In this document: positions 48,901-61,371 of the stretch, one piece after another
How the letters are laid out: the number at the start of each line of letters is the position of its first letter
Numbering within the stretch: the first letter of the stretch is position 1
Assembly: GCA_016748015.1 (NCBI GenBank)
Contig: JAAOMT010000236.1
Span: forward strand, 10,157-74,156
Direction of reading: 5' to 3'
DNA length: 64,000 bases
DNA from: Geosiphon pyriformis uo1
Taxonomy: Eukaryota > Fungi > Glomeromycota
Translations under genes and position numbers: made by a program
Notes under the pieces: generated by a model
What the model was told of the DNA's origin: nothing
Databases searched by the model: none
The model's input: the letters and a program-made list of their open reading frames with translations, nothing else

Positions 48901-51900
48901 AATATTCAGGAAAAGATATTTTGGTCCTCTAACCAAAATCCTTAACCAAAATCAACTTCAAAATTGCTCTTAAAATACCATCAGAAACAATAGTACAAAT
49001 TGCTTCTCAATCATCATTGGCAAGCAAAAAAATCAATATTAGAGAAGGAGTTATAGATGCAGAATATACTGAAGATATTACCATCATGTTACAGAATAAA
49101 ACAGACAAACCATTTAGGATTGAACATGCAGAAAAGATTGCCCAAACAATTTATCTATTCTTAATCAACATTTTGGGTTTATAATTAGTTAACAATAGAG
49201 AATTATTATTTTACTTTTTAGAAAACATCACGAAATTTACACTTGCTCAAAACTCACTACTACTCAACAAATCTTTGAATTCAATAAACAAATCTGTTTA
49301 AAACATAAAATCTCAATCTTAAATGTTTATATTCCCAAAGAAATGAAGAAATTTTGAGTTATATTCTACAATCCCAACAATTACTTTATTGTCTTATTAA
49401 ATAAATTAAAAATTAGAATCATATATAGCAACATCTTTCAAGATGAAAACTCTTAAACTGTCTCTAATTTCATTGAAATTGTAAGACATATCTTACTTTT
49501 CAATCCAAATATTATCTCTACTATTAAAAGCTACTATCTTTTGGAAGAAAAACTTTCTCGAATCAACATGAGTCTTTTAGAACTCCAACAACAAAGACAA
49601 CTGAAACAGCTAATAGTTTAATTTGCAGATATATTTACAAAAGACAACAATAACTTAAAAAAACTGATATTGTCTAACATCAAATTCACACAAGAAATGC
49701 TCTACCAAAATGACAACAAGCTTATTAAGTACCACTTGTCAGCCACCAATTCATCAGAGAAAAGGTCCAAAGAATGTTTAATAACAGATTGATTCAACCA
49801 TCAAAAAGTCCATAGGTTTCACCAGTAGTTTTGGTTAAAAAAAAATAGAAAAATCAGATTTTGTGTTGACTATTACCAATTAAACAGTGTAACAATTAAA
49901 GATGCCTACTCCTTTCCAAGAATTGATAACATGCTAAATGCTCTAAGAAAAGCCAAGTTCTTTTCAACTTTAGACTTAAAAAATGAATACTAGCAAATCG
50001 AAATAGACTCAAAAGATTGACCCAAAACAGCATTTTATCATCCAAAAAAAAAACTATAAGTTCAATGTTATGTTTTTTGAACTCTGCAATGCACCAGCAA
50101 CATTCTAGCAATTCATAAATGTTGTTTACTAAGGACTTTTATGGCAATTAATAGTTGTTTATCTGGATGACACTAATGTGTACTTACCAAGCTTTGAAGC
50201 TCATTTTATTTACCTGTAAAAAGTTTTTCAATGATTATAGAAAGCAAGATTAAAATTAAACATTGAGAAATATCACTTTGGAAAAACAAGTTTAATTTTT
50301 TTTAAACACATAGTTAACAAAAATGGAGTCAAACCAAATTGTAGAACAATTAGTGCTGTCAAAAACTTTCAAACTTCCAAAAATACTACAGAGTTACAAA
50401 AATTTGTGAAATTAGTCTTATATTATCGAAAATTCATAAAAAAATTCTCAGAAATTGCCAAACTCCTTAGTTATTTTATCAACAAAAACATGTCATATTA
50501 ATAAACTAAAAAACAGCAGAAAGCCTTTGAAACTCTCAAAACAAAATTAACAACAGCCCCAGTTTTTGTTTATTCAAACTTCAACAAATAGTTTCAACTA
50601 GCCATTAATGCTTCACACACAGCATTTGGTGCTATTTTATTACAATTAGATGAAAATAGCCAGAAACAAGTTATTGTTTATGTTAGTAAAACACTCAAAC
50701 CAACAGAATTCAAGTATGGCTCAACTGAATTAGAAGCTGCTGCAGTCATTTGGGTTTTTAAACACTTTCAACAATACTTGAAAAATAGAAAAAAATTTAA
50801 TATTATAACTGACAATATTGGTCTCAAATGGCTCAATAAAAAAAAAACTGAACAAAGTGCCAAACAGTTTCAATAGAATAACTTCCTAGCAGACTACAAA
50901 TATATTGTACACCACAAACCAAGAAAACTATACACTAATGTTAACAATCTTTCAAGAATGAAACAAGATTAACACTAACAGCAATCTTACCACAACTTAT
51001 CAACTTATCAACAATAATAACCAAACAACAATAGATCTCAGAAATTACAACAACATTAAAAACTATTTGGAGACTTTTACCATGTCAGAAAATTGGTTTT
51101 CAAGTGAAAAAAACCGATTACAACATTAATCAAAACAATATTTTATACACCACAACAAAATCTATTATAAAAATTGCAGAAATTCAAACCAATCACTCAG
51201 ATTAGTACAGGAAAATGAAAAAGAAACAATCCTATACAACATGTACACTCATCCATTATCAGCACACTTGGGAGAGATGAAACAATTCAAAGAACTTTTA
51301 AACATTATTTTTAACTCTACATGTAAAAAGACATTTGACAATATATAAAATCTTGTAATAATTGTTAAAAAAGAGAAGGAACTTGCTCCACAGAACCTTT
51401 AAATTCAATCAAAGTTGGACAACCTTTTAACAGAGTTGGAATTAATTTAGTCAGACTATTATCTATTACAACCCAAGGAAATCATTATATTGCAGTTGTA
51501 GTAGATTATTTTACCAAATAGTCTGAAGCTAAAGTTATCTAAAGAACAGATGCAAAATCAGTAGCAAATTTTGTTTATAAAGACATTATTTGTAGACATG
51601 GATGCCTAATTGAACTTTTATTTGATCAAGGAACCCATTTTATAAACAACTTAATATAAAAAATTTGTGAATAATTCAATGTCAAAAGACTTTTATTATC
51701 ACTTTATTATCCCTAAACAAATAGACTTTAGAATGTTTCAACAAAATATTATATGAATCTTTAGCCAAAGTCTCAACAGATTTTGAACAGAAATGGAATA
51801 TTTTTATTCTATCAGTGTTATTAACATACAGAAAACTAAAACAAGATACTATAAAACACATATCATTTGATCTTACTTATGAAAGAACAGCAAGATTACC

Positions 51901-52414
51901 AATTAATTTCACAGTGAAAACATATTCAGTACAACCAATCAATGAAGAAAACTTCTAAGAAACACTCCAAAAAAGAGTCTACACTCTTTTTAATATACTG
52001 GAAGGAAAAAAACAAATAGCAGCCACTTATATTGAACACTTTCAAGCTCAACAAAAAGAAAGGCATGACAATAAACTGTTACCAGTTGTCAACGAATTTA
52101 AAGTTGGAAATAAAATTTTTTTACACAGAACTAAGGCTAAAAAACAATAAAGTGAAAAATTTAAACATAAATAGGATAGACCATTTTATATCTACTAAAT
52201 TTTAGGCAATAGATCATATAAGTTAAGACTTAATAACAAAGTACTAGCAAAAGTTGCATATGGAGATTGATTAAAACATTATCATTTCAGAAACAATTCT
52301 AAACTTTTAATTTCACAAATTGGTACATATTTCCTTTTAATTAATCCTAAAAATATTCTCTGAAATTTAGAACCAATAGTTATAATAAAACAACAACTAA
52401 ACTTGAATACTTAA
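45920..52414 (+). pseudogene. C gag-pol (capsid from 46210, CCHC ~46912, protease ~47520-47890, Cys module ~48095-48700, RT ~49690-50450, RNase H to ~50970, integrase ~51030-52414). The gag N-terminus lies at ~44500-44947.
   Basis: MTTVYIAKIPKFTGE, CHYCGILRHWKQDC, LVGNDWF, VVYLDDT, YGSTELEAAAVIW, RVGINLV, LGNRSYKL. Confidence 0.92.
48860..49208 (+). pseudogene. C dUTPase domain (motif 5 lost to an internal deletion)
   Basis: KAHDIDVEYDL, IASQSSLASK, EGVIDAEYTEDI, EKIAQTIY. Confidence 0.85.
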
Positions 52415-52557
52415 TTTAACATTTTTATAATAATCTCTTTAAAATACACAAAAATAATAAATAATTACAAGAAACATTCAAACCCAAAAACAAATAAAAA
52501 CCCCATATTCAAAAAATAATTTTTTTTTATTCTTTTTATTAATTAGTCACTTTTATC

Positions 52558-53220
52558 ATGATTATTCTCTGAAATATCCAACAAATATTTCAAAAATTAA
52601 TATTAGCTTTAAAAACACTTCCTGATTTATTCATAATAATTAATAGAAATCAAATTAATTACACTTAAAAAAAAACCACAACACCAGTAATAAATAATTT
52701 TCAAAATTATTATCCTTATAGAAAAAAAACAAGAGGTTACTCTGGAAATCAATTACCAGAACTTTTGAAACAAGCACTAAAAGAAAACTTTTTATTTGCT
52801 CCTATTGACATTTTACCAAATACCACAATCCAACAAAAACTTCTATTATTTTTAATGAACAAAACAATGAACATACTCTTATTTATAGATATTTTCATAT
52901 TAAAAAAACACTCTATGAATAAAAACTAGAACTTGAAGCAACCAACATTACTCCTGAAGCTATACAAAAACAAATTCACAATAAATTCAAAACAGCAGCT
53001 GGACCAGCAAACATTTGCTACAAACTTAGAGCAGCATTTAGACTCTATGATTTATTCAATACTTGTGAAAATGTCTTACAAAATCTAATACTTTACCCAA
53101 TAAAGATTCAATACATTGGAAAGCTCACAGAACTAATATTTCAACAATTTTCAGGCCAAATCACTTCAATTATCTTGGATTACTATTTTGACATTACAAA
53201 TAGTGCTTGAACTTTGATAA
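52558..53220 (+). pseudogene. C ORF3 remnant
   Basis: IYRYFHIKK...AAFRLYDLF...IQYIGKLTELIF lies between the integrase stop and the PPT, with weak motif similarity to family A ORF3. Confidence 0.65.
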
Positions 53221-53231
53221 AGTTCAGTCTT

Positions 53232-53244
53232 GAGGAGGAGATTA
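53232..53244 (+). promoter_or_regulatory. Polypurine tract of C
   Basis: GAGGAGGAGATTA immediately before the 3' LTR start TGTTAC. Confidence 0.8.
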
Positions 53245-54207
53245 TGTTACCAGTAGAATTTTAGCTATTAATTAGCATAAAATTACCCTCATAATTCCTA
53301 TTATTAATTAGCATATATTATTATTATTTCGATTATTACTTATTATTTAATCAAATTATCAAATATTATTATTTAATTAATAACCCGATTTGTATTATAA
53401 AAATTAAGATAATCAAATTACACAATATCCTGAACCATTTAATATAGTTAAAATTCGTCGAAATTGATGAAAATTCGCCAAAATAATCAATAGTTTGTAG
53501 AAATAACTTGTAGTTTACCAAAATATATTTTTAGTTTGCCAAAATTAAAGCAAAGAAAAAAGTGCAAGTTCAAAGACTAGTATTACAACAAGTTGTATAA
53601 AAAAAAAGCTTTTCTCTTCAAGAAAATATATCTTCTTATATCATAGCATAGTATTTTACTTTAGATATCTTAATTATAACAAATCATCTTTTATACATTC
53701 AAATAAAAATTAAATATTCAAAAACCAAATTCTTAAATTATTACACTTGAAATTCTCTCAACACAACTAACGTTTTGAAATTGATTAGCTACCAATTTCA
53801 ATAAAATGTTAGTAACTCCAGGTCTGGATAGAAAACGTTTCTCTTGACAGAATTCTATTTCTTTTACATTTCTTTTATTTTTCTTTTATTTTCTTATTAC
53901 AATTATTAGGGTAGCCTACAGATAAGATTTCTATAAAAGAGTTGACTTTCACAGCAAAGTACAATTTTAGTGAGCTTTCAGATGAGCAATTCTTGGGAAA
54001 GAGTTAATGTTTACTACAATGTAACTACACAAAGTAACTGGCATGAAATTAACCATTCCACTTATAAGTCCAGCAGTTCAAATTATCTTCTATAATTTGA
54101 AGATAAATTTAGTTATTGAAGGTTCAACTGCTTCCAGAAAACGTGAAATTAACAACAGACAAACAGTAACAACATTCAAGAAAAAAGACCAAAAACCTCC
54201 AATAACA
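53245..54207 (+). repeat. 3' LTR of C
   Basis: TGTTACCAGTAG...CCTCCAATAACA. Confidence 0.95.
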
Positions 54208-56124
54208 GCAGACATTCCTACAATATTTCAGTAATAATAATAGCATCAACCGATTGGCAAACACTTTTACCATTATTAAGCAAAGAGAAAATGAAGCAGT
54301 CACTACTTACTTAGGACACTTTTACAGAAATTTGCACCAAATTTAGGCAATTCAGGCTGATTATTTTATAGCATCTCAAATTCTAAATCAATTCATTTGA
54401 GATCTATGCAGTAGCATTCTTCAGTATGTATGCTCAATACATTCAGCAGATCTTCAAGCTGCAGTTACAAATGCAAGAGACTTTGAAACAGCTGAATTAG
54501 AAGCCAACTATGCTCAAGTAGTAAATCTAGTAATGAACAAATCATCTGAATTGGATTCCAAATTAAAACAATTTAGCAAATCAATTAATCAGAAATTAGA
54601 GCAGTACTTAGCTAACACCAATTAAGCAATTTATCAATCTCCACAATGATGCAACAATCAGAGAAATGAAAATCACTTCCAAAATCAGTTGTGTCTAGCA
54701 TCATCCTCAACCAATCAACAGTGGCTGCAGGAAATGTGTACATGCCATTATTGTGATAAACAAGGACATTTACAATTTGAATGTCAAAGAAAGATAAGTG
54801 ACCAGAGATCAACTAATCAGTATTGAAACTCCAATTGCCAACTACAAACTCAGAATTATATCAGTAATTAATTACCAGAATAATATCAACCAAATTATGT
54901 ACTTATAACACAGCAGCAAATTTATTAATTACCAATCTATTAACCAACAACACCTGTTATTTATTAACCACAGTCTTAACCCATTTATCAGCCACAGCCT
55001 TAGGTAATTTATTAGTCCCAACAAATCCAAACACCCTCCCAAAACTTATCTCAAAACGGAACCCAAAGACCAAGATTAACACAGCAAAGCTGGAGATCAT
55101 CAATAGTAGTCCATCAACTAATTCCCAGTTTTTCCACACAACCATCAGGATTGTGACAATGGAATTTGGGCACCAAGTACACCCAAAACCTGAATCCTTA
55201 GAACTATTTAAGTCTTCTAGTCACCCCAGAAGACACTACATCCAACCACCTGGAATCCAACCAGAAACAGCCACTTACTAGCAATATCTTACTAACAACT
55301 GTCACCAACGACAAGTTACTTGCAGCTATCTTCCCATTCAAACTTGAAGAACTAACATCTACGCCCTTGTTCAGTGGAGCTGCACTTAAGGAAAAACCAA
55401 TTACCATGATGTACACTGACATCAAAGTTGATGGCCATCTTATCAAATTGATCCTAGATAGTGGATCAGCTGACAGCATCATCACAAGACAGCTCATGGA
55501 CCAATTAGGTTGCTGAGTTGATTGAACTGCCAGTACAAGGATAATTACAGCTGATGAAACCACCAAGACTCCAATTGGTGAAATAAATAACTTGCCAATA
55601 AAAATCAATAGCATCACTATACCAATCAAGATATTAGTCATAGAAGCCACTCAATATCAAACACTCGTGGACAATAATTGGCTGTTCAAAATCAATATGA
55701 CACTTGACTGGAACACCCAAGAGCTCCAGCTTAGCCAGAATAAATGATACACATGTATACCAGCCACATGTGTACCAGTTACATGTGGCCACTTCAAATC
55801 CATTACCACACCATTAGTTTCACTTATTGAATTCAAAGAAGATAAAAAAAAACCTATTTGGGAAGCCTATCAAGTGTCCTGGGCTGACAAAGACCACAAT
55901 GAGCTACCACCAATACTCTCATAAGACAACAATAAGAGAAAAAGAAAGGAAAAAAAAGAACTTACCTGAAATGCCGACTAAGCCTAGAAAACTGATAATA
56001 ATCAAGACGAATCAGCAAACTGGAAGTGGGAAAAGACTGACAAGAGAAAAGAAAAAAAAAACAACACCTACCAGCCCCCTTTATAATTACTATACCTACA
56101 CTATACTACAATAATCTACCTACT

Positions 56125-56770
56125 GTCGGCCAAAACTTATATGCGTTGATTGCAGCAAGAAATTGTTATCAATAGACACATGTTGTGGTAATGATAAAGA
56201 ACATCAAATGACAACCAAATTTTACTGTTGCCCATGTGTCATAGAACACTTTGGACAACTAAAACAGCAAGGAAAATAGGACAATAAACTATGTTTTGCA
56301 TGTGGAACTATTTTGCCTGATGAAGAAATATGGAATGACATTTCTGGATGCAGAGAAATGTGCGATAAGATGTGCCAGTATATAATCCTAATTAATGACT
56401 GGGTACACAAGGGAACACCAATTGATAACACCTGAAAACAAGCATTGTAACAATTAGAAAGATATTCCCATGATGAAGATGAACTTTAGAGAATGACAAG
56501 TGCAAAAGCAGAGAATGTGACAACCAGTGAACTACTGAAAATCAAAAACAACCCTCTATTTTTTTCTAAATCTGAATATATCCAAACTTTTGACATCTTT
56601 GACAATATTGAGGATGACCCAAAAGAATTTCATGAATATTACCAGCATTTAGCATCCACTAGAGAAGAACAAGAGCAGCATTTAGAGCAGTTAAATACTC
56701 AATTATGTCAACATTGCTTAATTTTCTGTGACTTTCAGTATTGTAATGAGTGTGATTTCATTTATAATCT
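56125..56770 (+). pseudogene. F Cys-rich putative multi-zinc-finger module
   Basis: CVDC-x9-C-x14-CCPC-x18-CFAC-x19-CDKMC, then CQHCLIFCDFQYCNEC. Confidence 0.78.
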
Positions 56771-57026
56771 ACTACCATACATAATCTACATGATTTCAGA
56801 AGAAGAACCAATCAGCAGCTGCACATCAGAATTAGAATCAGTTTTCAATTCCGATTCAAACTCCAACAATGTCGATAATGAAAACATCAGTTCTAGCTCC
56901 ACTCAATATAGCAACAAAAATATCAATGATTCAGACTCCAATTTAAATCCCAGAATATACATCACACTTCTTGATCTCTCTAAGGAGCAGGAACTCAAAT
57001 GGTATAGTGACAATAATGAAGGTATC

Positions 57027-57415
57027 ATGCCAGAACATGCACATAATACTAATGCAGGGTTTGATCTAAGATATCTGGGAAAAAAAGCCATCAAATTGGA
57101 ACCAAATTTGTGCACATATATTGATCTCAAAATAACTCTGGAAATTTTAACAACAACCATGATTTAATTAGCATCTAAGAATAGTTTAGTGAAAAAAAAA
57201 TTAACATTAGAAGAGAAATAATTGATGTGGAATACATAGAAAATATCATTGTCATGCTACAAAATAATTCAGAAAAAGCCTATATTATAAAGCCAAATGA
57301 AAAGATAGCACAGGCAATATTCTTACTTTTGGTGAAAATAGCTCAGTTAGTTTTAGTGGGAAAAAAGAAGGAACTAGGTATTACAGCTAAAGGATTATAG
57401 AGATTTAGAGCAATG
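57027..57415 (+). pseudogene. F dUTPase domain
   Basis: AHNTNAGFDLRY, ASKNSL, IIDVEYIENI, EKIAQAIF. Confidence 0.9.
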
Positions 57416-57987
57416 GATAAGATAGATATACCAGTCAATATAGCAGAGAAAGAAATTGTTGACAAAGAAGAAATTATCTCAACCCATCAATTAATTTTCA
57501 TTCCACTATATGACCAGTATATGTTAGCCATAAAAAGAGAAGTAAAAAATCAAGCTCAGTTGTTTGAAGCAGAAGCCATCATTTGCAAATCAGGAGAAAT
57601 TGGATTTACTAATCTTTACATATTAGCCAAAAGCCCCAAAAACATCAAAATTCTCATCTACAACACAACTGGAAAGGTTATCGAAATACCAAAGGGAACC
57701 ATTATTAGATATTTAACCATTGAAGTTGAAGATCAACCACCAAACTACATTCCAGATTTTCCACAGCTTTGTGAATATGTGGACATCACATTATAAACCA
57801 TTTACAAATGAAGCAAAAGTTATTTGCTCCAACTGGAACAATTGGAACAGATGAGCATGAGAAATTTAGACCCACTTCAACAGATGCAACTATAAATGTT
57901 ACTTAACAAATTTAATGACATCTTTGCCAGTAAGAACAAATTGGCAGAACCAACATAATTCAGCATCAGATCAAGACTGGAGATACA

Positions 57988-60665
57988 ATGCCAATTAAAC
58001 AAAAAACATATCAAGTACCACCAGCCAGCCATGAGATCATTTGTCAAGAAATCAATTGGATGTTAAACAATGGGCTAATTCAGCAATTAATGAGCCCATG
58101 GTCATTACCAGTGGTACTGGTCCATAAGAAAAATAGGAAAATCCGTTTTTGTGTAGACTACCAGAAACTGAATGAAGTGACAAAAGGAGACAGCTACCCA
58201 ACTCCAAAGATTCAAGAGCTGTTCGACACTTTTGGAGGAAAGAAATAGTTCTCAATGTTGGACTTAGACAGTGGTTATTGGCAAATAGCCATAAAGCTAG
58301 AAGATAAAGAGAAAATGGCTTTTATAATACGAGAAAAGAATTTTGAATTTGAAGTAATGCTATTTGGCTTAATGAATACTCCAGCAATATTTCAATGGCT
58401 TATAGAAATTGTCTATACTAGGCTACTATGGAAATCAGTAGTCGTATACTTGGATGATACCAATTTGTTCTCAAAAACATTTGATAATCATTTGCATCAT
58501 CTTCAACAAGTATTTAAAAGACTCAAAAGAGCCAGAGTGAAACTAAATGCAACTAAGTGTTTTTTTGGAAAAACTGAACTCAAATTTTTGGGACATATTA
58601 TAAGCAAAGATGGTATAAAAACGGATTCAGATAAGATTGCAATAGTAAAGAACTTTCCAGTACCAACCAATCTGACGGAACTAAGAGCATTTTTGGGATT
58701 CATAGGCTATTATTGTCATTTTATCAAGGACTTTTCTAAACTGGCTCAGCCACTTAATCATCTACAAACTAAGAATGTCAAGTATGAATAAACAGGAGCT
58801 CAACAAAAAGCATTTGACACACTGAGACAAAAGCTTATTCAAGCTCTAGTGTTGATGTATCCAGATCACAGCAAACCATTCATCATTACTACTGATGTAT
58901 TAAGCCAAGCATTGGAAGCCATACTATCACAGAAAGAACCAGATGGAAGAAAACATCCAGTAGCTTATGCCAGTAGAAACTTAAGTTCAGCTGAAAAAAA
59001 CTATAGAACTTCAGCATTAGAGCATTTAGCAATCTATTGGGCTGTCACCAAATGGAAAAAATACTTGAGCCAAAAGTTTGATGTATATACTGACCACAAA
59101 GAGTTGACTTCAATCCAAAAGCAAGAATTTGGAAATGATTGTTATACAAGATAGAAAATAGCATTATCATCATATAAATTTATAGTACATTATAAAAAGG
59201 GAAAAGACAATAAAAATGCTGACAGTTTGTCACGAATAAGACAAATTTAAAAACATTTCAACCCAAAAAATATAACAAAAAGATAAACACACAAAAATAC
59301 CAACAACTTTAGCATTATATAAATACCCAATTGTTCAAGGAGAAATTATCTCAAAAAGAACAAAACAACATAAAACAGCAATCAAAATATTTTATCAATC
59401 ATCAAAATATACTTTACCAAAAAAACCAAAAAAATCCAGACCAACCAACCAGAGTAATTACAGAACCAGAAAAAGAAACAATACTGTTCAACATGCACTC
59501 AAATTCAACAGCAGGACATTTTCATAAAGAAACAACCATGGAAAGAACCAGAAAAAAATATTATTGGCTATTAATGTATTCAGACATTATCTAATATGTT
59601 CAAAATTGTGATGCTTGTTAGAAAAAAGGAGAAACAAGACCCAGTAAATCATTAAGATGAATCAAAGTGGGACAACTATTCAATCATATCAGAATTGACT
59701 TAGTCGGACCATTAACAATTACCAGTAGAGGCAACAGATATATTGTGGTAGTCATGGACTATTTTACTAAATGGCCAGAAGCAAAAGCCATTTAAAGAGC
59801 AGATGCAGAATCTGTTGCTAAATTTTTTTATCAAGACTTAATCTGTTAACACAAATATCCAAAAAAACTATTATCAAATCAAGGAACTTATTTTGTGAAT
59901 AGAACATTAGAAGAATTAAGTCAAAGATTTGGAATTAAAAGACCATTGTCATCACCATACCATCTACAAACTAATAGATTAGTTGAAAGATTCAATAGAA
60001 CATTGTGTGAAGCAATTGCCAAAATCAGCCAAGAAAATCAAAATGAATGGGATTTGTTCATATCATTAGTATTATTTGCTTACTGGACAATAAAGCAAGA
60101 TACTACACAAACAACACCATTTGAATTAGTATATAATAGGACAGCAATACTACCAGTAGAGATAGAAGTATGAACATATCCAACAAAACTAATAACAGAA
60201 GAAAATTTCCAAAGAACATTGTTGAGAAAAACATATAACCTAATGGAAACACTAGAAAACAAAAGACAAAAAGCAGCTGATAATATACAAAAGTCACAAA
60301 AAAAACAAAAAAAAAGACATGATAACCAACTATCAGAGAAACCAGTTGAATTCAAGATTGAAGACAAAGTATTTCTACATTATACTAAAGCAGAAAAACA
60401 ATAGAGTGAAAAATTTGACCCCAAATGAGACAGACCATTTTACTTAGAAAAAATTCTTAGAAATGGAGCTTATAAATTAAGGTTGAACAACAAAATTTTA
60501 ACCAAAGCAGCATATGATAATCAACTGAAACAATATTACTATATAGCATCATCATCTATCAGTAATATTCCACAACTAAGAGTACAGAGAATACTAGTCA
60601 AACCAGATGAGATTCTATAAGATCTAGAAATAATTATAATTATTGAACCAAACACATAAAATTGA
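57988..60665 (+). pseudogene. F RT, RNase H and integrase
   Basis: ORF-track fragments 57988-60404 contain SPWSLPVVLV, LDLDSGYWQI, YLDD, AYASRNLSSAEKNY and PYHLQTNRLVERFNRTL. Confidence 0.95.
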
Positions 60666-60720
60666 ACAACCAAAAGAGTATATAAAGACACAGTATACGT
60701 GACAAAAAGACAACAAAAAA

Positions 60721-61358
60721 ATGGAGATTACTGACAATATTTATTTACTAGCACAACAATTTTTCCAATTGATCCAACAACAAGAGATGGAAATCACAAT
60801 CAGTCAACAGACTATCAAATATACAAATATCAAGAAAAAACCACAAGATAAAAAATAGAAAAATACAGAAAACACTATTGACAAAATAATTGCAAAAGTA
60901 AGATTGGCCATAGAAACACAACAAAAAGTCACCCAATATTAAGAGTTGACTATAAAAACTTGAGATTAGTGGATACAACAATTTCCAAAAAACTTTTGTT
61001 ACTTCCACTTGGAATAATACTTGAATATTCAAAACTTATACATAGATAAAACAAAACAATTATTTAACACAGCTATACTGCAACAACTAGAATAATTTGT
61101 AAAAAAAACAATTTGACAACACAAGCAAGAGCTATCTATTGGCTACAGACTGGATTTTAAGACAGATCAGAAATTTTACTTAATCCAGAAATGGATTTCA
61201 TTACAGTTAACCAAATGGGGAAAATAACTAATACCCAATTTGAAGAATTACAGAACAAAATAACACAAGTAATTCTCGAAAAAGAAGTTCAAGAAATACT
61301 CAAGAATAAAGAATTAGAGTTAGGAAATTCGAAAAATTTTGATAGAACTCAATATTAA
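60721..61358 (+). pseudogene. F ORF3 remnant
   Basis: MEITDNIYLLAQQFFQL...NFCYFHFG...TVNQMGKITNTQFEEL. Confidence 0.75.
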
Positions 61359-61371
61359 AAGAAAAAAATAA

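Larger units (their letters stand above)
43505..54207 (+). mobile_element. Two-LTR Ty3/Gypsy copy C (family C)
   Basis: LTRs 43505-44475 and 53245-54207, PBS TGGTGCTCTCTC, PPT GAGGAGGAG and the full domain series. The flanks TCAG and GCAG do not match. Confidence 0.95.

Noticed and set aside
60420-60665. Chromodomain at the integrase C-terminus
   Set aside because: Only the GPF module and a short LEPI(I/V)II tail are present, with no chromodomain aromatic-cage or Y.VKW motif.
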